A stretch of DNA of 64,000 bases from Candidatus Poribacteria bacterium (GTDB lineage Bacteria > Poribacteria > WGA-4E > WGA-3G): assembly GCA_965197475.1 (NCBI GenBank), contig CBDANF010000003.1, forward strand, positions 352,001 through 416,000, in the 5' to 3' direction. Under the pieces are notes generated by a model. That model ran no database searches. It was given only the letters and a program-made list of their open reading frames with translations, and was not told the origin of the DNA. Of this stretch, positions 9,288 through 19,456 are shown in pieces; positions within the stretch are counted from its first letter, which is position 1, and every line of letters starts with the position of its first letter. A program made the translations under genes and the position numbers.

Positions 9288-10289
9288 TTAACTGAGATCA
9301 ACCTTGATAGGTCTTCCAAGTTCGGCAGACTGCCATGCGGCTTCGGTCAATTGAATTACGCGCAACCCGTTTTCAACACCGATCGGATTTTCTGTCCTTT
9401 CGCCTCGGATCAGTTCAATGAAGGCGACATCCTTGTTACCCCCTTCTGGCAGATCAGCTTCATCAACGGGAGTAGGTTTGCCACCCTTACCTTGCCGATA
9501 GAGTTGACCCGCGCGTAGAAAGAGTGCACCGTCCTCCATCCAAATGGAGAAATCTTCTTGCACACCGCCATACGCATGTCCAACGATGCTGATATTACAC
9601 AACGCACCCGTATCAAATTTGATTGACATTGCTGTGAGGACATCTACCTCAATGTCCAAATTATCTATTATCGCGAACACTGTATCAGGACTTGCTTCCA
9701 ATACCCATAGGAGAATATCAATCAGGTGGCTGCCAGAGTCATTCAGCTGTCCACCGCCGCCGAGGAACGGGTCTTGCCGCCATTTCCCCTGTTGATTCCG
9801 ATACCAATTCTGCGATTGATGAGCTGCGACAAAGTTAACGTGCCCAAGCTCGCCACTTTGGACAACTTTACGACAGTATTGATAGGTAGGACTCAAGTGG
9901 CGTTGATAACCAATCATTAAGTGCAAGCCTGTTTCTTCAACTTTTGCCATCACCTGTTTGGCGTGGTCTACCGTGCAAACCATCGGTTTTTCGGTATGAA
10001 CGTGGCAACCAGCATCAAGTGCTGACATGATATGCTCAAAGTGGAGTCCGTGTGGTGAACTAATGACGACTGCATCGGGTTTTGCATCAGATAGCATTTC
10101 AACGTAGTCAGCGTAGGTAGGGACCGAATCGTCTAAACCTACGGTCTCTTTGAACGCTTTAAGTGCGTTTTCGCTTGGGTCGGCAAGAGCGACAATCTCT
10201 AAATCTTCAACACCAGAAACGCTACGTCCGTGCCCACGTGAGTTGCCACCACACCCGATGAATCCAAAATTTAATTTCTGTTTAGCCAT
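9288..10289 (-). CDS. Gfo/Idh/MocA family oxidoreductase
   Basis: GFIGCGG, HVHTEKPM, GGGQLNDSGSH. Confidence 0.9.
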   Translation of the reverse strand: MAKQKLNFGFIGCGGNSRGHGRSVSGVEDLEIVALADPSENALKAFKETVGLDDSVPTYADYVEMLSDAKPDAVVISSPHGLHFEHIMSALDAGCHVHTEKPMVCTVDHAKQVMAKVEETGLHLMIGYQRHLSPTYQYCRKVVQSGELGHVNFVAAHQSQNWYRNQQGKWRQDPFLGGGGQLNDSGSHLIDILLWVLEASPDTVFAIIDNLDIEVDVLTAMSIKFDTGALCNISIVGHAYGGVQEDFSIWMEDGALFLRAGQLYRQGKGGKPTPVDEADLPEGGNKDVAFIELIRGERTENPIGVENGLRVIQLTEAAWQSAELGRPIKVDLS

Positions 10290-10615
10290 GCATGTTCCTC
10301 ATTCAATTCTTTTGCTTTAGGTTACCACGACCTATAAGAAAAATCAAGAAATTGTTCTGATATTTCTTACAATCGTGCAGAGCCTAATTACAATCAACAC
10401 AAAGCAGGCATAACGCCATGAAAATACGTTTTCGTTTTGAAGATTTGCTTGACATTTAGTGCGTAGGATACCATCCTAATTGATAAAAACTCATATCTAA
10501 TTATAAATTAGGGGGTTATCTCATGCAACAGCATCTTATCAGATTTACAACTATTTTTCAACTGCTTCTATTCAAACGGGTGTGTATAGTTTTGACATGA
10601 ATACGCCTTCTCTTT

Positions 10616-10670
10616 TGTTGGAGGGGTTTTCAACCCCGATAAATCGGGCTTACAAGGTTTCCCTCTAACA
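10616..10670 (+). repeat. REP-like composite palindrome (GGAGGGGTTTTCAACCCCGAT...CCCTCTAACA)
   Basis: GGGGTT-ttc-AACCCC hairpin; near copy GGGAGGGGTTTATAACCCCGAT at about 13020 inside a MITE. Confidence 0.55.
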
Positions 10671-10808
10671 AGAAAGATGACATGGTTAATGACAAAATAT
10701 TTACATACCCCAGGACAAATGGAAGCTTGACTTGTACTATCAATATATGTTAAAATACAATTAACATATATTAATTGTTGCACATCTGCAACAATTAAGG
10801 TTAAAAAT

Positions 10809-10837
10809 TTGATATACGATTTGAAATGTGTTATAAT
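10809..10837 (+). promoter_or_regulatory. Sigma-70 promoter of the rpsF operon
   Basis: TTGATA-N17-TATAAT with an extended TG, about 120 bp upstream of rpsF. Confidence 0.6.
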
Positions 10838-10898
10838 TACGTAACGTTATAGATTTTAGGAACATTCTATCCGAGAGATCGAACAATATAAAAACTAA

Positions 10899-10948
10899 TC
10901 TCTGCTCCCTGTGATTTATGCAGTGGAGCCGTGAGTCCATAGAGAGGA
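10899..10948 (+). ncRNA. S6:S18 ribosomal protein leader (autogenous regulatory RNA)
   Basis: TCTGCTCCCTG...GGAGCCG...TCCATAGAGAGG directly before rpsF, with a CCG motif and a pyrimidine stretch able to pair with the SD. Resembles known S6:S18-binding leaders. Confidence 0.6.
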
Positions 10949-10954
10949 TATAAA

Positions 10955-11371
10955 TTGAAACCGTACGAACTTATGCTTATCATCACCCCTGACCATGAGG
11001 AGAATCAAGCGGAAGCACTCATTGAAAACGTCAAGGGTATTATTGAAGGTGGCGGAAATCTTATCAATATTGATGTTTGGAGAAAGAGACGACTCGCCTA
11101 TCCGATACGGAAGCACAGTGAAGGTTATTACGTAGTTTATGTTTTTGAAAGCGAGTCAAGTTTCATTGCAGAGTTAAACCAAGCACTCCGTGTTATTGAA
11201 GCAATTCTACGACACATGATTGTGCTCTACGAAGATGACGTTGAGAAGTTGAAAGCAGCACAAGACGAAGCGGCAATGCCCGAAGTCTCGGATGCTGATA
11301 CTGCCGAAGACACAACTGAATCTGTAGAAGATTCGGCGGAATCTGTAGAAGATACTGCTGAATCTGTTTAA
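10955..11371 (+). CDS. rpsF: 30S ribosomal protein S6
   Basis: YELMLII, WRKRRLAYPI, EGYY; TTG start; acidic tail. Confidence 0.95.
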   Translation: MKPYELMLIITPDHEENQAEALIENVKGIIEGGGNLINIDVWRKRRLAYPIRKHSEGYYVVYVFESESSFIAELNQALRVIEAILRHMIVLYEDDVEKLKAAQDEAAMPEVSDADTAEDTTESVEDSAESVEDTAESV

Positions 11372-11443
11372 AAAGACATCATCCTAAAACCTGCGAAATG
11401 GAATATGTTTTATTCCGTTACGCGCTAAAATAAGGAGCATATC

Positions 11444-11917
11444 ATGGCAAGTTATAACAAGGTCATTCTGATGGGCAATCTCACCCGCGATCCTGAGATG
11501 AAGTATCTGCCAAGCGGAACCGCTGTTGCGAATTTTGGGCTCGCTATGAGTGAACGCTACACCGATCGGCAAACTGGTGAACAGAAAGAGAATGTCTGCT
11601 TTGTTGATGTAGAAGCGTGGGACAAACAAGCCGAACTTGTAAACGAGTATCTGAGTAAAGGTAGTCCTATTTTCATTGAAGGATCTCTCAAGTTTGAATC
11701 TTGGGAGGCAGAAGATGGAACTAAGCGTAACAAACTAAAAGTAAGACTTTTCCGGTTACAATTTATCGGTGGCAGGCGAGATGACGATGAAGGCGGCGGT
11801 GGTTACGCTGAAGCTCAAACCGCATCTCCAAGGACACAAGTTCATACCGATGTCGCACCCGAACCATCAGCAGGCAAGAGCAACACATCATCAACAGAGG
11901 ATGATATTCCGTTCTAA
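11444..11917 (+). CDS. ssb: Single-stranded DNA-binding protein
   Basis: NKVILMGNLTRDPE and a C-terminal DDIPF. Confidence 0.97.
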   Translation: MASYNKVILMGNLTRDPEMKYLPSGTAVANFGLAMSERYTDRQTGEQKENVCFVDVEAWDKQAELVNEYLSKGSPIFIEGSLKFESWEAEDGTKRNKLKVRLFRLQFIGGRRDDDEGGGGYAEAQTASPRTQVHTDVAPEPSAGKSNTSSTEDDIPF

Positions 11918-12021
11918 ATAAGTTAACAGGTCAATTTCATCCTAATTTAGCCTATGCGCGGCTAAATTTTGCTTCGTCACGCGGCTAAATTTCATTTTAA
12001 GTTTAAAGTTACACCATTGAT

Positions 12022-12048
12022 CAGAGCGCGGACAAAGTGCGCCTACCA
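12022..12048 (-). repeat. GTAG-type REP-like palindrome (GGTAGGCGCACTTTGTCCGCGC on the minus strand)
   Basis: Same family as GGTAGGCGCGCTTTGTAAGCGCGC at about 21217. Confidence 0.5.
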
Positions 12049-12188
12049 GGGTAGATGTATACTTATTTTATGTTTCTTCATAGATGATAGTAGCGTGATA
12101 CGGTATCATAACCTTTGGCATCTACCCGTATCGGTAATGTAATATAGTGTTGGAGCACCAATGTGCAGGTAGAAAGGAGTTAATTAAT

Positions 12189-12389
12189 ATGGCATATCGT
12201 CGGAGAAACCGTTTTAGTAAACTGGAATCCATAGATTACAAAGATGTGGATACGCTAAGGAAGTTTGTGAACGAACGTGGGAAGATTGTGAGTCGGCGAG
12301 TTTCTGGACTTTCGGCAAAACAACAACGAATGGTAACCCGGGCGGTTAAACGGGCGCGAAATATGGCACTCTTGCCTTTTACGCGGTAA
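12189..12389 (+). CDS. rpsR: 30S ribosomal protein S18 (Zn-free C- form)
   Basis: [24 protein letters not shown]....AVKRAR..ALLP; AAGGAG RBS before the ATG at 12189; no Cys ligands. Confidence 0.95.
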   Translation: MAYRRRNRFSKLESIDYKDVDTLRKFVNERGKIVSRRVSGLSAKQQRMVTRAVKRARNMALLPFTR

Positions 12390-12515
12390 ACTTTGGAGAT
12401 ATAAATTATACTGTAGCGTGGAATCAACGCCGCATACGCTTAAGGCATTCGGTGAGTTTTCCCTGAGACGACTCTGAGTCGTCTCATTGATTCTTCTGCT
12501 ATTCGGATGGATATT

Positions 12516-12965
12516 ATGGAAGTCATACTCAAAAAAAGCATAGAGGGGCTGGGAGCCTCAGGTGATGTTCTTAAAGTCGCTGATGGTTATGCACGCAATT
12601 ATCTTCTGCCAATGCAGTTAGCAGTGCATGCAACGGAGCGGGATCAGCGTCACCTTGAACATCAGAAACGTGTTATTGATCAACAAGAAACTAAAGACAG
12701 AGAACAGGCGCGTGAAATTGCATCACAGATATCTGGTGTCACATGCCATCTAACCAGACGGGCAGGCGAAAACGACCGCCTTTTCGGTTCTGTAACGCCC
12801 ACAGATATTGTTGACTCGCTGCGGACAGCAGCAAGTCTTGAACTTGATCGACGTGTTATTGAACTCACAGAACCGATTCGAGAACTCGGTGCTTTTACAG
12901 TCTCTGTAAAATTACACGCAGATGTGACAGCAGAACTACGTGTCGTTGTGGAAAGGGAAGAATAG
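12516..12965 (+). CDS. rplI: 50S ribosomal protein L9
   Basis: MEVIL...LG..GD.LKVADGYARNYLLP and LFGSVT. Confidence 0.95.
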   Translation: MEVILKKSIEGLGASGDVLKVADGYARNYLLPMQLAVHATERDQRHLEHQKRVIDQQETKDREQAREIASQISGVTCHLTRRAGENDRLFGSVTPTDIVDSLRTAASLELDRRVIELTEPIRELGAFTVSVKLHADVTAELRVVVEREE

Positions 12966-12987
12966 CGATACCTTTACTATTAGTGTA

Positions 12988-13139
12988 ACCTAAGTTGCTA
13001 CCTTTTTTCGAACGCTCTTGTGGGAGGGGTTTATAACCCCGATTTAGTGCAGAAAACATCAGATTCAACCGAAAATACTGGTAATTTGAATAAAATACAG
13101 TGTGTGCCTGCTTGAAATTTTGTAAGTAGCAACTTAGGT
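12988..13139. mobile_element. MITE with 14-bp perfect TIRs (ACCTAAGTTGCTAC) and a 7-bp target duplication TAGTGTA; carries a REP-like palindrome
   Basis: TIRs at 12988-13001 and 13126-13139; TAGTGTA at 12981-12987 and 13140-13146. A lone related end ACCCAAGTTACTAC lies at 41139-41152. Confidence 0.75.
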
Positions 13140-13179
13140 TAGTGTATTTGACACTGTTTAACTCGGATGAGGCATAATC

Positions 13180-14517
13180 ATGCAAACGCAAGCATTTGAC
13201 TCCCTTATGGATAAAGAAGCTGAGCAAGCTGTGCTGGGGTCAATGATGACTGAGAAGTCAATTATTCCTCGCATAGAGTTAATGCTGGGTTCTACGTCCG
13301 ATGCGTTTTCTACTACCGATCATCAACTTATCTATACAGCGATCCTTGCTGTTTATAATCGCGCCAAAAACGCGGATCCGATCCTTGTTGCGAATGAGCT
13401 GAATCGGACAGAACAGCTGAACCGGGTTGGCGGAGCAGATTATCTTTATGAACTACAAGCCCCGATTGTTGAAACTGAAAGTACAGAGTTCTATGCAGAA
13501 ATACTATTAGAAAAGGCGACACGACGTCGGTTAATTCGAGCAGCTACGCAGATTCGTGATCTCGCGCATGATGAAAGTGTAGAGATTAGCGAAGTTCTTG
13601 ATCAATCACAAGAAGCCGTCTTTGAATTAGGTCAAGCTGGTAACAAACGTGGGTTTGAACATATTCGTTCATTGCTCAAACAGAGCATTGAGGTCATAGA
13701 AAAACTCTTTCAGAAGAAAGATCGGTATTTAGGTGTTCCTACAGGTTTTATAGATTTTGATAACTTGACCTCCGGATTACAACCTGGTAACTTTATTATC
13801 ATCGCCGCGCGCCCAAGCATGGGGAAAACCACCTTGGTGCTGAATATGGCGCAGAACATCGCGATTGAACAGAAACGACCTGTCGCAATTTTTAGTTTAG
13901 AGCAGCCCGCACAAGATATAGCTATGCGTATGCTTTCTGCTGAATCGCAAATTGATTTCGGACGGTTGCGCTTAGGAAACTTCAGCGAGGAATATTGGGC
14001 ACCTTTGGGTCAAAGCGTTGGCCGACTCAGCGAAGCACCTATCTTGATTAATGATAATCGATCGATAACAGTTCAAGGGCTTCGTGCGGAAGCGAGACGT
14101 TTGAAAGGTGAACACGAAGACCTCGCCTTGATTATCGTCGACTACATCCAAATCCTGCGAGGCTCCGGCCGCTATAATGTTCGTGAACAGGAAATCTCTG
14201 AGGTTTCACGTGCATTGAAAATTCTTGCGTGGGAATTGAATATTCCTGTCCTTGCCTGCGCGCAGCTCAGTAGAGAAGTTGAACGGCGTCCGAACAAGTT
14301 ACCACAACTCTCCGATTTGCGAGAATCTGGGGCAATTGAACAGGATGCGGACGTGGTCGCCTTTCTATACCGAGAAGACTATTACGACGATGAAGATGAC
14401 TACATAGACGAGACGGTCGAAGCAAATATATTGATAAAAAAGCAGCGGAACGGTCCCCAAGGAACTGTTGTTCTGCATTTCTGCAAAAAGCAGATGCGTT
14501 TCGAAAATGCAAGTTAA
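13180..14517 (+). CDS. dnaB: Replicative DNA helicase DnaB
   Basis: AEQAVLG, AARPSMGKT, IIVDYIQ, SDLRESGAIEQDAD, KQRNGP. Confidence 0.97.
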   Translation: MQTQAFDSLMDKEAEQAVLGSMMTEKSIIPRIELMLGSTSDAFSTTDHQLIYTAILAVYNRAKNADPILVANELNRTEQLNRVGGADYLYELQAPIVETESTEFYAEILLEKATRRRLIRAATQIRDLAHDESVEISEVLDQSQEAVFELGQAGNKRGFEHIRSLLKQSIEVIEKLFQKKDRYLGVPTGFIDFDNLTSGLQPGNFIIIAARPSMGKTTLVLNMAQNIAIEQKRPVAIFSLEQPAQDIAMRMLSAESQIDFGRLRLGNFSEEYWAPLGQSVGRLSEAPILINDNRSITVQGLRAEARRLKGEHEDLALIIVDYIQILRGSGRYNVREQEISEVSRALKILAWELNIPVLACAQLSREVERRPNKLPQLSDLRESGAIEQDADVVAFLYREDYYDDEDDYIDETVEANILIKKQRNGPQGTVVLHFCKKQMRFENAS

Positions 14518-14546
14518 TAAAAATTCTCTGTGTGGAAGATTTTTCT

Positions 14547-15353
14547 ATGCGCAATCCGCCTTCTGAGCCAACACCTTCAAATGGGTTGACGTTCTTAATA
14601 AAAAATCGGGTTTACCGTGCGCTTTCAGAAATCGGGGATGCATTCCGTCTAATTGCCGAAACCATTTTCCAAATTTTCAGGCCACCGTTTCAATTTGACC
14701 TGTTAATGAAGCAGCTGCTTCTAATCGGTTTTAACTCGTTATCAGTTGTTTTAGTATCCGGTTTCTTTACGGGAATGGTATTGGGTGTTCAAGGGTACGT
14801 TCAGTTGAAACCGTATGCAGTTGAAGGGTCGGTGGCTCAATTTGTCAGTGTCTCTGTCGTAACAGAACTGGGTCCGATGATAACAGCATTTGTGCTTTCT
14901 GGACGGATCGGTGCATCTATTACGGCTGAACTTTCAACAATGAAAGTTACTGAGCAAATTGATGCCCTGGAAGTTATGGGAACAAATCCGGTGAAATACT
15001 TAGTTGTTCCCCGTTTTCTCGCCTGTACGATTATGCTCCCAACCCTTACCATTTTTTCGACCTTTGCAGGTATTTTCGGCGGTTATGTCGCAGTGGTATC
15101 CTTATTTGATTTCAGCGGTGACTTTTTCATTTTGCAAGTCCAAAAACACATGCTTGTGAAGAATGTGCTAATTAGTTTGATCAAAGCAACTTCATTCGGG
15201 ATGGCAATTGCCTCTGTGGGATGCTACAAAGGTTTCAGCATTTCAACCGCTGGCGGGGCAGAAGGTGTAGGAACGGCAACAACCGGTTCTGCCGTTACTT
15301 CTCTCATAACTATCTTGGTATTAGATTTTGTTTTAGGAGCATTGCTCACATGA
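14547..15353 (+). CDS. mlaE: MlaE family ABC permease
   Basis: ELGPMITA...GRIGASITAELSTMKVTEQIDALEVMGTNP. Confidence 0.93.
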   Translation: MRNPPSEPTPSNGLTFLIKNRVYRALSEIGDAFRLIAETIFQIFRPPFQFDLLMKQLLLIGFNSLSVVLVSGFFTGMVLGVQGYVQLKPYAVEGSVAQFVSVSVVTELGPMITAFVLSGRIGASITAELSTMKVTEQIDALEVMGTNPVKYLVVPRFLACTIMLPTLTIFSTFAGIFGGYVAVVSLFDFSGDFFILQVQKHMLVKNVLISLIKATSFGMAIASVGCYKGFSISTAGGAEGVGTATTGSAVTSLITILVLDFVLGALLT

Positions 15354-15388
15354 TATTTCACAGAACTTAAGTACCGAAAACTATTGCT

Positions 15389-16174
15389 ATGATTTCGATT
15401 AAAAATGTCAGAAAAGCATTCGAGTTGAAAAATGTTTTAAACGGATTAGACCTTGAGATTCCGCGTGGTGAAACCCTTGTGATAATGGGACGAAGCGGTT
15501 GTGGGAAAAGTGTTTTGCTCAAGATTATCGCAGGTCTTCTCTCTGTAGATTCAGGTGAGGTTTGGGTTGACGGAACAGAGATATCTAAGCTTAAAAAGAG
15601 ATCACTAAACCAGATTCGCAGAAAAATCGGGATGCTCTTTCAGTCTGCAGCGTTATTTGATTCAATGTCCGTAGCGGAAAACGTTGCTTTTATGCTGGAG
15701 CAACATACGGATTTAAGCCAGCAAGAGATGCGGAAGGTCGTAGATGAGAAACTTAAATTAGTGGATTTGGATGGTGTTCAGGAACTACGACCCGCACAAC
15801 TGAGTGGCGGTATGCGAAAACGGGTGGGACTCGCACGTGCCCTCGCTTTCAACCCAGAAATCATTTTATACGATGAACCCACAACAGGGCTTGACCCTGT
15901 TACTTGCACCGAAATTAACGAGCTGATTCGTGACCTACATCAGCAACTGGAAGTTACCTCTGTGGTCGTAACACATGATATGCATAGTGCGTTCAGTGTG
16001 GGAACGCTCATGGTGATGCTCCACGAAGGCAGGCAGATCGCCTATGGAACACCAGAGGCACTGATTAATGAAGATGACCCAATTTTACAACAGTTCATCC
16101 TCTTTGGTGCACCAGATCAGATTCTCAACATTGACAATCCGACTCTGAAGCAATTTATAGGAAGGAGTACTTAA
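15389..16174 (+). CDS. mlaF: MlaF family ABC ATPase
   Basis: GRSGCGKS, LSGGMRKRVGLARAL, YDEPTTGLDP, VTHD. Confidence 0.93.
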   Translation: MISIKNVRKAFELKNVLNGLDLEIPRGETLVIMGRSGCGKSVLLKIIAGLLSVDSGEVWVDGTEISKLKKRSLNQIRRKIGMLFQSAALFDSMSVAENVAFMLEQHTDLSQQEMRKVVDEKLKLVDLDGVQELRPAQLSGGMRKRVGLARALAFNPEIILYDEPTTGLDPVTCTEINELIRDLHQQLEVTSVVVTHDMHSAFSVGTLMVMLHEGRQIAYGTPEALINEDDPILQQFILFGAPDQILNIDNPTLKQFIGRST

Positions 16175-17739
16175 TGAAGTTTTGGAGCCCGTCTGTAAAA
16201 GTCGGATTGATGGTTATTGTAGCTGTTGTTCTACTTGCAATTCTCCTTACAAATGCCGGGAACTGGCCGTGGGGAACACGCGGGGATGATTTATATTTTC
16301 AATTCCGTGCTGTCAATGGGCTCTATGTAGGTTCGGGAGTTTATCTATCCGGTGTTTCTATCGGCAAGGTAACGCACATTGAGCTCCAGCCGGACACAAA
16401 TACTGTCGAAATCCGGGCTCGCGTCAAAAATGCTTTTGAATGGTTAAGAAAAGGTTGTGATGCGCGCATCTCTATGAGCGGCTTTGTCGGTGAGACATAC
16501 ATCGCACTAAACAACGGGGATGTGGGAAATCCGCCGCTTCAACCTGCTGATCTCCCGATTATCGGAATTGACCCGGTGAATCCGCTTGAATTGCTTGAAC
16601 AAACCGGTTCCGGATTGAGTAAAGCTATCGAATTAACTTCGGCAGCAAACGAGGTCCTACAAGCGAGTCAGGAAGAAATTCAACAAGGCATCAAAGAAAC
16701 ACGGAAATTGGTCGAATTGACTGGTAAGACACTTACAAAGTTTAGTGAACATATAGACACAACAGTCGAGACTTTGCAGAACCTAACTTCAAAATACGAC
16801 GCACGTTTCGAATCAACTCTTTCGCAAGTGGACAAGTTGTTAGATCAGTTGGGTAATGATTCCTTATTGCTCAGTAGCCAAATTAGTGATGTGAGCCGTT
16901 CCGTGTTGAGAATGATTGACCAAAATTCGCCAAAAGTAAATTCTATGATAACGGACTTGCAGCGGAGCACATCTGATTTCCGACGGTTGGCAACACAATT
17001 TCGCCAAGATTCAAGTTCTTTGAAAACCGAAATTTCTGGTCTTATCACGCAAGGAAGTACGTTCATTGAAAAAGGGAGCACAGATATCGCACCAATTATA
17101 GAAAACCTTCAGACTGCAACAGCTTCGCTCACCACTTTAGAGAAAAATATCAGTGAACTGTTAAATTCAGTAAAACATGGTGAGGGAACAGTCGCACAAC
17201 TACTTAATAATCCTGAACCATTTGCAGAAGCAAAAGAAACCTTCAATAACCTGAATGAGATGCTAACAGGGTTGAAAAATTTTTATCAACAGACAGACAG
17301 ACAGTTAAAAGGCTTTAAACTTCCTAAATATTCATGGGATACTGAACTCCAATATCTAAGTCTTGAGGAAAATCTACATACCGAATTCGGGTTTTCGCTT
17401 TTACCACCTTCAAAGAGTCGTTACCGTTTCGGACTCGGTATTCGAGACGAAAAAATTGGAGTTGAATTTCAATATGCTTATGATTTTACAGATTATCTCC
17501 AAGGCAAATTCGGTTTCATGCGTTCCAAGGTTGGTGTTGGGTTTGACCTATGGTTGTTATCACGCCGACTGGGCATCGGAGTTGAAAGCATCAGTCTAAC
17601 AAGGGACAAACCTGAATTAAACGCTGAAATGAGTTTGCGTTTTTTCCGCGGTGCACATGTCCTCGTCGGTGTTGAAAATTGGTGGAGTGAAGATAGACGT
17701 TGGACAACAGGGCTTAAGTTAATCACAAGCGACTGGTAA
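16174..17739 (+). CDS. mlaD: MlaD/MCE protein with long helical stalk and predicted C-terminal beta-barrel
   Basis: N-terminal TM, MCE domain (GLYVGSGVYLSGVSIGKV), heptad-rich middle, GEGTVAQLL, amphipathic beta-strand C-terminus. Confidence 0.85.
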   Translation: MKFWSPSVKVGLMVIVAVVLLAILLTNAGNWPWGTRGDDLYFQFRAVNGLYVGSGVYLSGVSIGKVTHIELQPDTNTVEIRARVKNAFEWLRKGCDARISMSGFVGETYIALNNGDVGNPPLQPADLPIIGIDPVNPLELLEQTGSGLSKAIELTSAANEVLQASQEEIQQGIKETRKLVELTGKTLTKFSEHIDTTVETLQNLTSKYDARFESTLSQVDKLLDQLGNDSLLLSSQISDVSRSVLRMIDQNSPKVNSMITDLQRSTSDFRRLATQFRQDSSSLKTEISGLITQGSTFIEKGSTDIAPIIENLQTATASLTTLEKNISELLNSVKHGEGTVAQLLNNPEPFAEAKETFNNLNEMLTGLKNFYQQTDRQLKGFKLPKYSWDTELQYLSLEENLHTEFGFSLLPPSKSRYRFGLGIRDEKIGVEFQYAYDFTDYLQGKFGFMRSKVGVGFDLWLLSRRLGIGVESISLTRDKPELNAEMSLRFFRGAHVLVGVENWWSEDRRWTTGLKLITSDW

Positions 17740-17820
17740 AATAGTTTTCAGCTTTCTACATAAGAGATTAGAGGCGAGCGAGTTTTAAAAGGGAAAGTCA
17801 ATAGTCAAAAGCGGATTGTT

Positions 17821-19182
17821 ATGGCTCAAGCAAAGCACAAATTTGTTTGTCAAGAATGTGGGTATACAACGCCGAGAGGACTCGGAAAATGTCCGGGATG
17901 TCAAGCGTGGAACAGTTTTGCTGAAGAAACAGAAATTGTTACGACATCCCCTTTACATCTGAACATCGGTCAACGTTCTAACAAACCGGAGCCAATTTCT
18001 AACGTAACAGCAGCGGATGTAGAACGGCAACTCACAGGAATGCCTGAGTTTGATAGAGTGCTTGGTGGCGGCATTGTACCAGGTTCCGTAATTTTAATCG
18101 GGGGCGACCCGGGGATAGGCAAATCCACGCTTTTGTTACAAGCTAGCGATGCGTTAAGCCGCAAATATGGCAGCGTGCTTTATGTTTCTGGCGAAGAATC
18201 GGTCAGCCAGACAAAGATCCGTTCAACCCGACTCGGTGTGACTTCCAATACCCTCTATGTTTTGTGCGAAAATAACTTAGAACAGATCGAAAAACATATT
18301 GAGGAACTCCAACCGCAGGCAGTTGTAATTGACTCCATTCAGGCGGTCTATCTAACGGAATTCCAATCCGCACCAGGGAGTATCACACAAATCCGTGAAT
18401 GTGCAGCGCATCTTCTAATATGTGCCAAAAGTCGGAACATTCCAATTTTTCTTGTTGGACATGTGACAAAAGAGGGGACATTGGCTGGACCCCGTATTTT
18501 GGAACATATCGTGGATACAGTCCTCTATTTTGAAGGAGAACGGCATCATATTTATCGTGTTCTACGTGCGGTTAAGAATCGGTTTGGGTCAACAAATGAA
18601 CTCGGTATCTTTGAGATGCAGAACAAAGGTCTCGTAGATGTCAAAAATCCATCGCAACTCTTTTTGAGTGATAGAGAGGAGGAAATTTCTGGTTCCGTTG
18701 TCGTGTCAAGTATGGAAGGCACCCGTCCACTCTTATTGGAGGTGCAGGCACTAGTCGTTACGACTCACTACGGAACGCCTCGCAATACCGCGACTGGAAT
18801 TGACCGCAACCGTGTCGCACTGCTGATCGCAGTGCTGAACAAACGGATCGGTATGGACATTGGCGACTCAGATGTCTTCGTGAACATTACTGGCGGGTTA
18901 CGTGTTGATGAACCCGGAATTGACCTCGGCGTGTTGATGGCAATTATTTCTAACCATCGTAACGCGCCGATAGACCCGCGAACGGTCGTCATCGGTGAAG
19001 TCGGATTGGGTGGTGAGATTCGACCAGTGCCACATGTTGAAAAGCGGATCCGAGAAGCAGCAAAACTCGGATTTACTCAAGCAATTTTTCCGAATTACCA
19101 TCAGAAAGGATTAGAAATCAATGAAACAATAGAACTTATTGGTGTGAAAAATATCTATGACAGTCTAAATGTATTATTATAA
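17821..19182 (+). CDS. radA: DNA repair protein RadA/Sms
   Basis: C4 zinc finger, GDPGIGKSTLL, KNRFG, Lon-like C-terminus. Confidence 0.97.
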   Translation: MAQAKHKFVCQECGYTTPRGLGKCPGCQAWNSFAEETEIVTTSPLHLNIGQRSNKPEPISNVTAADVERQLTGMPEFDRVLGGGIVPGSVILIGGDPGIGKSTLLLQASDALSRKYGSVLYVSGEESVSQTKIRSTRLGVTSNTLYVLCENNLEQIEKHIEELQPQAVVIDSIQAVYLTEFQSAPGSITQIRECAAHLLICAKSRNIPIFLVGHVTKEGTLAGPRILEHIVDTVLYFEGERHHIYRVLRAVKNRFGSTNELGIFEMQNKGLVDVKNPSQLFLSDREEEISGSVVVSSMEGTRPLLLEVQALVVTTHYGTPRNTATGIDRNRVALLIAVLNKRIGMDIGDSDVFVNITGGLRVDEPGIDLGVLMAIISNHRNAPIDPRTVVIGEVGLGGEIRPVPHVEKRIREAAKLGFTQAIFPNYHQKGLEINETIELIGVKNIYDSLNVLL

Positions 19183-19456
19183 CTCTAATAGACAAACAAC
19201 AGAATATTCAATTTACGCACAATTCCTACGGTCTAACAAGTGCTTATAATCAAAACGGTCTATTGAGACAAGTACTGCAAGATTCTGTAGGCAGACGATA
19301 AAAAACCCGAAATAAAATTTTCCGTGGATTCAAGCATCTATCTAATATATGCTGTCTTTTCCGTAAGACAATGTAGCATGACCCGATCTGCGGGAACAAG
19401 GTTCAAAATAACGCTAAACGAGTTTCACCGCTTCCACCAGCGCGGAGAAAAGAACT

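Noticed and set aside
11945-11992. Short direct repeat CGCGGCTAAATTT with an inverted partial copy
   Set aside because: Two 13-bp copies are too little evidence to assign a function; probably debris of a decayed repeat element.
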